Source: an uncultured delta proteobacterium
Lineage (GTDB): Bacteria; Desulfobacterota; Binatia; Binatales; Binataceae
Length of the DNA stretch: 64,000 nt
NCBI GenBank assembly: GCA_963711565.1
Contig: CAVQEQ010000004.1
Span: forward strand, 1,056,001-1,120,000
Reading direction: 5' to 3'
The position numbers and the translations under genes are program-made. Every line of letters starts with the position of its first letter. The stretch's first letter is position 1. The notes beneath the pieces were generated by a model. That model did not search any database. It had not been told where the DNA came from and was given only the letters and a program-made list of their open reading frames with translations. This document shows, piece by piece, positions 57,211 through 64,000 of this stretch.

Positions 57211-58345
57211 TGCGCCCCGCGGATTTTCGTTGCGATACCGGCGCGTGGCCGGCGGCCGAATCGTATTCGCTGACCCATCCGCGCTCAAGCATCTCGGCGT
57301 TGCGTTCACGCAGCGCGGCGAATCGCGCGGAGAACTCACGGCGCTCGCTGTCGTTGAGCGGCGGCGTGCCGGGTCCGACTGCGGCGCTGTCGATGACGCC
57401 CAGTTCCTTGAGTGAAGCCTTGAGCGTTGCGATCGTCGGGCGATAGGCCTTGCCACCGCGCTTGAACGTACAGGTTGTGCGAAATTCCTCGATCGCGTCC
57501 GCATACAAGCGCATCAACTCGGCGTCGCCCGAGCGGCAGACCTGCCATGCGCGTTGCCATTCGCGCGGCATCGCATTGGCAGGTCCCGCGACGACGCCAT
57601 ACGGGCGCGTGCGCTGAGTCAGGTAACGGTTCCAGTAATGCCGCATGCGATCGCCGACGCCCTCCGGCGGCGCGAACAAATCGAAAATCAGGTACGCGTT
57701 GCCGGCGTAGATGGCGAATTCGTGACCCGCCTTGAAGTGCGACGCGGCGCGCGTGTAGTTGCCGATCACGGTTTTGCTCGCGGTAACTTTTATCCCGCGA
57801 ACGTATGGCAGCCGCGCCATCGCCTTGACGTCGCGGGTGTGCAGATGCGCCGCCTTTCCGGGGGCACTGATGTCGGCGTTGTCGTAGAGGAACAGCGGAA
57901 GCATCCGGCCCGCGCGATCGAACACGGTTCCGATATCGCGCTCGACGAAATCCGCGGGATGCTCGACGTCTTTGATTGACAGCGGCGCAACGACGACCGC
58001 ATCGGCGCCGGCGTGGATTGCGTGGACGAGATTGTCGAGCGTGTCGGCACGCGTGTGCGCCGTGATACCCGCCCACGCTTCGATCTTCTTGGCGGCCGCC
58101 GCCCGCGCGCGGCTACATTCCTCGATCGCGATTCGTGCGACCGCCTGGCGGCGCGAGTTGTCGATCCGATCCCATTCGCCGGTCGTGCCCGCGGCAAAAA
58201 TAACGTCGGCGCCTGTGCCGTCCTGCAGCGCGAAGCGAACCACCGCGCGCTGCTGGTCTTCGAGAATGCGGCCGCGGCCGTCGAGAATCGTGACGATGGG
58301 GATCGAGAGGCCGGGGCGCGGTATGTACTCGTCGAGCGAATTCAC
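57203..58345 (-). CDS. DHDPS/N-acetylneuraminate lyase family aldolase
   Basis: GTTGEW, GADAVVVAP, LFLYDN, GIKVT (Schiff-base Lys). Confidence 0.8.
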   Translation of the reverse strand: MNSLDEYIPRPGLSIPIVTILDGRGRILEDQQRAVVRFALQDGTGADVIFAAGTTGEWDRIDNSRRQAVARIAIEECSRARAAAAKKIEAWAGITAHTRADTLDNLVHAIHAGADAVVVAPLSIKDVEHPADFVERDIGTVFDRAGRMLPLFLYDNADISAPGKAAHLHTRDVKAMARLPYVRGIKVTASKTVIGNYTRAASHFKAGHEFAIYAGNAYLIFDLFAPPEGVGDRMRHYWNRYLTQRTRPYGVVAGPANAMPREWQRAWQVCRSGDAELMRLYADAIEEFRTTCTFKRGGKAYRPTIATLKASLKELGVIDSAAVGPGTPPLNDSERREFSARFAALRERNAEMLERGWVSEYDSAAGHAPVSQRKSAGRNG

Positions 58346-58403
58346 GGCGGCGATTCTAGCAGAAGCGGGGTGGGGCTGCTGCCCGGTTGAAATCGACGCG
58401 CTG

Positions 58404-59111
58404 TTAGCTGATGCCGAGGCCGAGGTCGGTGATGAAGCTCCAATGACGCTCGTCGAGGGAGGCGAAGTTTTCGAGCTTCATTTTGATCGTCAGCCGATAG
58501 TTGCCGTCGCCGGACAGCGCCGCGACGGGAGGATTCTCGTACCAAATGCTTTTCTTGCAGACGTCGATCAACATCTGATCGATTCTCGCTTTGCCCGAGT
58601 GCTGCTCGAGGATGAGTTCGGTGAGCTTGCCATTTTTATCCATGATCGCGGTGATGATGACGGCTCTGATGTCGGTGGGCAGCTTGGTTCGCGAAATCTC
58701 CTCGGTTCGCTCGGCGATAATCAGTCGCCCATATATGCGATCGAGAATTACATCGGCAAAATCTCCGAACTTGGCGGCCTTGGCGTTGAGCAGGCGCACC
58801 GTCGCGGGATTTTTTTCGCTGCCGATCTCGCGTGAGATGCCGGGGTCGATCTGGTAGGTGCGGGGTCCGGGTGTGGCCCCACCGGAATCGTGCAGCAGCC
58901 CTTCGCCGGGGGCCGGAACCGCGTTGACGTTGGCCAACGGATCGACGTGGGCGTCCGAAACGTCGGACAGATCGCTCAACAACTTAGGCTGCTGCTGGCC
59001 GGCGTCCGGCATCGGCGGCGGCGGCTTGTCTTCCGCGGCACATCCCGCGGCGAAGATTGCGGTTGCAAAGAAAGCGGCTGTGAAAAACCGTTTCCGTCGT
59101 GCGCGGCTCAT
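58404..59111 (-). CDS. Lipoprotein with TonB-C-like C-terminal domain
   Basis: Lipobox AAGC; Pro-rich linker; AIMDKNGKLTELILEQHSG..ID. Confidence 0.6.
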   Translation of the reverse strand: MSRARRKRFFTAAFFATAIFAAGCAAEDKPPPPMPDAGQQQPKLLSDLSDVSDAHVDPLANVNAVPAPGEGLLHDSGGATPGPRTYQIDPGISREIGSEKNPATVRLLNAKAAKFGDFADVILDRIYGRLIIAERTEEISRTKLPTDIRAVIITAIMDKNGKLTELILEQHSGKARIDQMLIDVCKKSIWYENPPVAALSGDGNYRLTIKMKLENFASLDERHWSFITDLGLGIS

Positions 59112-60673
59112 CTGGTTTTTTCCTGCCGGTGATCGTTCTCCGGATCCAACGCGAGAATGGCCGGACGCGCATCATTATAATCGGCGACGAACGCGTCGAA
59201 AAGTTCCTCGAAGAAGGCCCGCTCTTGGGCGCGAACCTGGTCGTTATGTTCCTGCGCGATCGCGTCGCCGATTCGCGCGAGCAACTCGAGCGTCGGCGAG
59301 TAGTCCAACTGGGCCGTGGCGCCGCCGGCGAAATAGTAGTTGCCGTTGGCCAGCTGCCGCGACGTGAGCGTGGTGTTGAGGCCCCCGTTGCCGGTCGCCA
59401 GCACGCGCAGGAAATCGCCCGCAATCAAGTCCATCATCTGATGCACCCCCGGCGGCGCGATCAGTTGCGGCACCGCGTCCATCCGGTTGACGAATGTCAC
59501 CGCGCCCGGCTCGCGGCGGTAGTCCGTTCTGAATCCCATGTTGGCGAGGCCGAAATTCATCGCGAGGCTTGTGATCTGAGCCGAGGCGAGTGTGCGATAG
59601 CTGCCGTGCGTCAGTTCGCCGAGCGCGACGCTGTCGCCCGCCGGTTGCATCGCGGCGTTGAACGGCGTCAGCAGGCCGTTGCGAATCATCAGCGTGACGC
59701 GGATGTGGCCGTGGTCGAATCCCTCGCGGAACCAGTAGTTGCCGTGCGAATCCAGAATATCGGATTTCGCCGTCACCGCGGGCACGACCTTGCGATAGAA
59801 ATCATAGAGCAGCGGATATTTCTTCAGCGCGTCGAGGCGAACTTCGGCGTCAACGTTGAAGAGCACGATTGCGCCCGCGGGTGAATTGAACTCGTCGAGT
59901 AGGTTGTTGAACTTGAAATAGTGATCGAACTTCGCCGCGAGATGCGGCATCTGGCGGTGGAACCGGTCCATCGCGGCGCGGTCGTGATGATTGAATGTGC
60001 CGGGCGCGGTATCCCACGGAGGCTTCAGGTCGCCGTGAAACTCGCGCAGTGTGTCGGCCATCGTATCGACCAGCGCGCCAAGACCGTAGGTGTCGATCAT
60101 CAGCTCGCCCCCGAGCGTGCCGGTGACGCTCGAAACGTTGTCCGGGGTCGAATCCCCCGCGGGCTTGAGTCCGAAGACACCCGCGAAGCGCGCCGGCTCT
60201 TCGGGACTGTGCCAATCCCGGACGAGCGTGTAGAGATAGTCGGCGTCGTCGGGCTGCCCCGCGACGCAAATCTGATGCGTGCGGTCGGGCTTATCGCGCC
60301 ATGGAATATCATTCTTCGAGTAGAGCGCGGCGGCGCGGATCATCGTCGATTGTCGCGGCGGAAGCAGGTCGATGACTTCCTGAAGGGAGGCGCCAATCTT
60401 GGGATGGAACGAAATCTTGCGCTGGAAATCGAGCTGACGATTGAGGATCGCGATCGCTCGCGACGCGCGCGCGGGACCGGGAGGTGCGAGATACACAATT
60501 GGTGCGAAGAGGGTCCGGCTGTCGGGCGCGAACCCGGCATTCGATGTCGTTGGCGCTGCCGCTGGTTTCGCGGGCGAAGATGCGGCGTAGGTGGCATTGG
60601 CGCAGATCGTGATTATTATTGCTGCGAACGAGGTGGCGATAGCGATACGAAAAGCCCGAAATGGCCGCCGCAA
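59108..60673 (-). CDS. Exported hypothetical protein (start inferred at TTG 60673)
   Basis: Long ORF with normal codon usage; signal-peptide-like [29 protein letters not shown]; stop overlaps the lipoprotein start. Confidence 0.7.
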   Translation of the reverse strand: MRRPFRAFRIAIATSFAAIIITICANATYAASSPAKPAAAPTTSNAGFAPDSRTLFAPIVYLAPPGPARASRAIAILNRQLDFQRKISFHPKIGASLQEVIDLLPPRQSTMIRAAALYSKNDIPWRDKPDRTHQICVAGQPDDADYLYTLVRDWHSPEEPARFAGVFGLKPAGDSTPDNVSSVTGTLGGELMIDTYGLGALVDTMADTLREFHGDLKPPWDTAPGTFNHHDRAAMDRFHRQMPHLAAKFDHYFKFNNLLDEFNSPAGAIVLFNVDAEVRLDALKKYPLLYDFYRKVVPAVTAKSDILDSHGNYWFREGFDHGHIRVTLMIRNGLLTPFNAAMQPAGDSVALGELTHGSYRTLASAQITSLAMNFGLANMGFRTDYRREPGAVTFVNRMDAVPQLIAPPGVHQMMDLIAGDFLRVLATGNGGLNTTLTSRQLANGNYYFAGGATAQLDYSPTLELLARIGDAIAQEHNDQVRAQERAFFEELFDAFVADYNDARPAILALDPENDHRQEKTR

Positions 60674-60745
60674 CGGGCGAATTGTGCGAGATACCTTGCG
60701 ATGGTATCCTGCAACACAATAGGCAGCAGAGTTCGAGAAGCAAAA

Positions 60746-60985
60746 ATGAAAACTGGAATCCATCCTGAATACCGCCGCTGCACTGTCGTCTGTGCGTGCG
60801 GCAACACCTTCGAAACGCGCTCGACGCTCAAAGAGCTTCACGTCGAGGTCTGCTCGAAGTGCCATCCTTTTTACACTGGCACACAGCGCCTGGTCGATAC
60901 CGCGGGGCGCGTCGAGCGGTTCAATCGCAAATACGGCATCAAGAAGCCGGCCGAAAAAACGGCGGAGACTGCCGCCGAGAAGTAG
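60746..60985 (+). CDS. rpmE: 50S ribosomal protein L31 (zinc-binding type)
   Basis: [33 protein letters not shown]. Confidence 0.97.
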   Translation: MKTGIHPEYRRCTVVCACGNTFETRSTLKELHVEVCSKCHPFYTGTQRLVDTAGRVERFNRKYGIKKPAEKTAETAAEK

Positions 60986-61044
60986 CATAGCAACTCCCGC
61001 CGCCTGCGGTGCTCAAGCACCCGGGTGCGCGGGGGAGAATCCAT

Positions 61045-61079
61045 CGGCACGGCCATCTCGGCCGCGCCGTTTTTGTTTT
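61045..61079 (+). terminator. Intrinsic terminator-like hairpin after rpmE
   Basis: CGGCACGGCC-ATCTC-GGCCGCGCCG followed by TTTTTGTTTT. Confidence 0.6.
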
Positions 61080-61100
61080 CAGGGCGGGGGCTGATCGGCG

Positions 61101-62162
61101 ATGCTCGATAAGGCAAGCGCAATAGAAGAGCGGGTCGCGGAACTCGAGCGCAAGCTCAGCGATCCAGCGACGCTCGGCAATCAGCGTGAATACGCGCGAC
61201 TCGCCAAGGAGCGCTCGCAGCTTTCCGAAGCGGCGCAATGCGCGCGCGAGTACATCCGCATCGCGGATGAAATCGCGGGGCACAAATCTATCCTCGACGG
61301 CAACGACGCTGACTTGCGCGAACTCGCCAAGGCCGAGCTGCCGACGTTGCAGAAAAATCTCGCCGCGGTCGAAGAGAAGCTCAAGGAGCTGCTCACTCCG
61401 CGCGACCCTAACGACGAGAAGAACGTGATCCTCGAAATTCGCGCTGGCACCGGCGGCGAAGAGGCTTCCTTGTTCGCCGGCGATTTGTTCCGGATGTACA
61501 CGCGCTACGCCGAGCGGCACGGCTTCAAGCTCGAGACGCTGAGCCTCAGCGACACGGGGCTCGGCGGAATCAAGGAAGTGATCGCGTTGGTCAGCGGGCG
61601 CGGCGCATACTCGCGCCTCAAGTATGAAGGCGGGGTCCATCGCGTGCAGCGCGTGCCGGAAACCGAAGGCTCGGGACGCATCCATACGTCGGCGGTCACG
61701 GTCGCAGTGATGCCCGAGGCGGACGAGGTCGAGGTCAACATCAACGAGGCGAAGGACCTGCGCATCGACGTGATGCGCGCGTCGGGACCGGGCGGGCAGA
61801 GCGTCAACACCACCGACTCGGCGGTGCGAATCACGCACATCCCAAGCGGGATGGTGATAATCCAGCGCGACGAAAAGTCGCAGCACAAGAACAAGGCGAA
61901 GGCACTCAAGATTCTGCGCGCGCGGCTGCTGGAACGGGCGCAGTCGGAGCAGCAGGCGAAAATCGCGCAGACGCGGAAGTCGATGGTCGGCACGGGCGAC
62001 CGTTCGGAGCGCATCCGCACCTACAATTTTCCGCAATCGCGCGTGACCGACCATCGCGTCAACGTGACGATTCATCAGCTCGACAATTTCCTCGACGGCG
62101 CGATCGATCCGGTTATCGACGCGCTCGCGGCCTACGATCGCGAGCAGTCGCTCAGCGCGTAG
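61101..62162 (+). CDS. prfA: Peptide chain release factor 1
   Basis: EIRAGTGGEEA, VQRVPETE (PxT), GPGGQSVN, RSERIRTYNFPQ. Confidence 0.97.
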   Translation: MLDKASAIEERVAELERKLSDPATLGNQREYARLAKERSQLSEAAQCAREYIRIADEIAGHKSILDGNDADLRELAKAELPTLQKNLAAVEEKLKELLTPRDPNDEKNVILEIRAGTGGEEASLFAGDLFRMYTRYAERHGFKLETLSLSDTGLGGIKEVIALVSGRGAYSRLKYEGGVHRVQRVPETEGSGRIHTSAVTVAVMPEADEVEVNINEAKDLRIDVMRASGPGGQSVNTTDSAVRITHIPSGMVIIQRDEKSQHKNKAKALKILRARLLERAQSEQQAKIAQTRKSMVGTGDRSERIRTYNFPQSRVTDHRVNVTIHQLDNFLDGAIDPVIDALAAYDREQSLSA

Positions 62163-62169
62163 CACGCCG

Positions 62170-63039
62170 ATGAGTGATGCGGCGCGGCGCGCGTTGGAGC
62201 AGATCGACACAGCGTCGCGCAGGCTGGCGACCGCGGGTATCGAATCGTCACGCCTCGATGCAGAACTCCTCCTTGCAGCGTCGGCAGGCGTGACGCGTGA
62301 AGCCGTCGTCATTGGCTCGATCGATCTTTCGCTCGCAATCCTGAAAAGGTTCGACGCACTGATCGCCCGCCGCGAAAAGCGCGAGCCGATTGCGTACATA
62401 GTCGGGCACAAAGAGTTCTACTCGCTCGACTTCGAGGTCACGCCGGCGGTCCTGATTCCCCGGCCGGAGACTGAGTTCGTAGTAACCGCGGCGCTGGAGA
62501 GTATTGCAGGGAAGGCCGACGCGCGGGTACTCGACATCGGCACCGGCTCAGGCGCGATTGCGATTGCGATTGCCGTCAACGCACCGCGCGCGCAGATCAC
62601 AACGGTCGATATTTCCGCCGACGCGATTGCGGTAGCATCGCGCAACGTTCGGCGTCATCGGGTAGAGGATCGAGTGACGATCCGGCGCGGCGACTGTTAC
62701 CACATGCTGGACGGAGGAGGCTCGCTCGGGACTTTCGACGCGATAGTTTCGAATCCGCCTTACCTGGATGATGCGGAGATTGCCTCTCTGGAGCCCGAGG
62801 TGCACCGCTTCGAGCCGCGCATAGCGTTAAACGGCGGGGCGAGCGGCCTCAACGTCCTGCAACGCATAACGATCGGCGCTCGTGAGCATCTCGAGACCAA
62901 CGGCGAGTTGATCGTGGAAATGGGGGCAGGCCACGCCGGTGACGTGGTGAACCTGATTACACGTGCGGGCTTGCGCATTACCGATGTGATAAACGATTTC
63001 GCGGGGCATCCACGCGTCGTGCGTGCGCGCAGGGCTTAG
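62170..63039 (+). CDS. prmC: Release factor glutamine methyltransferase
   Basis: LIPRPETE, DIGTGSG, SNPPY; follows prfA. Confidence 0.95.
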   Translation: MSDAARRALEQIDTASRRLATAGIESSRLDAELLLAASAGVTREAVVIGSIDLSLAILKRFDALIARREKREPIAYIVGHKEFYSLDFEVTPAVLIPRPETEFVVTAALESIAGKADARVLDIGTGSGAIAIAIAVNAPRAQITTVDISADAIAVASRNVRRHRVEDRVTIRRGDCYHMLDGGGSLGTFDAIVSNPPYLDDAEIASLEPEVHRFEPRIALNGGASGLNVLQRITIGAREHLETNGELIVEMGAGHAGDVVNLITRAGLRITDVINDFAGHPRVVRARRA

Positions 63040-63057
63040 GCGGTTGCGGAGTTTACG

Positions 63058-64000
63058 ATGGAAAAAATGATAATTCATGGCGGTGCTCCGCTGCGCGGCA
63101 CCGTCACGCTCAGCGGCAGCAAGAACGCCGCGCTGCCAATCATGATGGCGTCGCTGCTGACGTCCGAGCCGCTCGTGCTCAGCAACGTGCCGCGCCTGCG
63201 CGACGTGAAGACTGCGATGGACCTGCTGTTTCAGCTCGGCGTCGCGGCGCGCTGGATCGACGACCATCGCGTCGAGCTTCACGCGGCCAAGGTTACCTCG
63301 CACGAAGCGTCGTACGAACTGGTCAAGACGATGCGCGCGTCGTTCGTCGTGCTCGGGCCGCTGCTGGCGCGGACGGGACGCGCCCGCGTCTCGACTCCGG
63401 GCGGATGCGCAATCGGCGCGCGTCCGGTGAATCTGCATATTGCGGGCATTCGCGCGCTCGGCAGCAAGATCCAGTTTCGTCACGGCTACGTCGAAGCGCA
63501 CGCCGAAAGATTGACCGGCGGCCGAATCTGGCTCGACTCGCCATCGGTCGGTGCGACGGAAAATATTTTAATGGCTGCGGTCACCGCCCGCGGCCGAACC
63601 GCTATCGAAAACGCGGCGCGCGAACCCGAAGTGCAGGACCTCGCGCGCGTGCTGGTCAAGATGGGCGCGAAGATCATTGGCGCCGGCACTCACGTACTCG
63701 AAATCGACGGGGTCGAGCGTTTGCATGGCGCGGAGCACGAGATAATCCCCGACCGAATCGAGGCCGGGTCGATGATGGCGGCGGCGGCGATCACTGGCGG
63801 CGACGTCACAATCGCAAATGCGCCGGTCGCTCATCTTGACGCCGTAGCCACCAAGCTGCGCGAGGCCGGCGTCCTTGTCGAGTCCATCGGCAACGGGTTG
63901 CGCGTCGCGCGCGCGAATGGACTCAGGTCGGTCGAGCTGCGGACGCTGCCGTATCCCGGTTTTCCGACCGATCTGCAGGCGCAGATGATGGCGATGCTGA
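63058..64000 (+). CDS. murA: UDP-N-acetylglucosamine 1-carboxyvinyltransferase (partial, runs off the window)
   Basis: Manual translation: [54 protein letters not shown]. Confidence 0.96.
   Translation, partial: MEKMIIHGGAPLRGTVTLSGSKNAALPIMMASLLTSEPLVLSNVPRLRDVKTAMDLLFQLGVAARWIDDHRVELHAAKVTSHEASYELVKTMRASFVVLGPLLARTGRARVSTPGGCAIGARPVNLHIAGIRALGSKIQFRHGYVEAHAERLTGGRIWLDSPSVGATENILMAAVTARGRTAIENAAREPEVQDLARVLVKMGAKIIGAGTHVLEIDGVERLHGAEHEIIPDRIEAGSMMAAAAITGGDVTIANAPVAHLDAVATKLREAGVLVESIGNGLRVARANGLRSVELRTLPYPGFPTDLQAQMMAML

Noticed and set aside
22593-64000. An inverted A partner for the inverted C copy
   Set aside because: No CCTAACCCCTAACCCC-like sequence found by eye to the right, so a fifth complete cassette is not supported.
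60746-64000. rpmE-prfA-prmC-murA cluster
   Set aside because: Ordinary conserved housekeeping gene order.

Overview
High-GC bacterial chromosomal window, probably from a Candidatus Binatota / Deltaproteobacteria-like soil organism (inferred from gene repertoire only). About 64 CDS are recognisable. In order: an Mla/MCE ABC transporter, an NtrC-type two-component system, nadA-nrtR, a MacAB-like ABC export operon, a carotenoid oxygenase/hydroxylase locus, an ECF sigma-cupin-VOC cluster, DegP/Q, CoA-transferases, a Rieske oxygenase, a CLC channel, an FHA/Ser-Thr kinase module, a TetR-diiron-crotonase operon, DyP-encapsulin, an aldolase plus PfkB-SIS fusion, and rpmE-prfA-prmC-murA. I saw no rRNA, tRNA, CRISPR array or transposase. 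Main observations: (1) The first 23 kb hold at least five families of short palindromic repeats. Two of them (A and C) occur four times in the fixed order A-[cargo]-C, and three of these units enclose a single small gene. (2) A strand-specific depletion of C at synonymous sites surrounds these repeats and switches strand at the only inverted C copy (~22.55 kb). (3) A Hanks-type kinase has a WNK-like relocated catalytic lysine. (4) There is a candidate Kdo/arabinose salvage operon. (5) There is an R2-like diiron protein behind a PaaR-like operator. Four genes have frameshifts in short homopolymers, probably sequencing artefacts. All calls come from reading motifs by eye; no database search was run.
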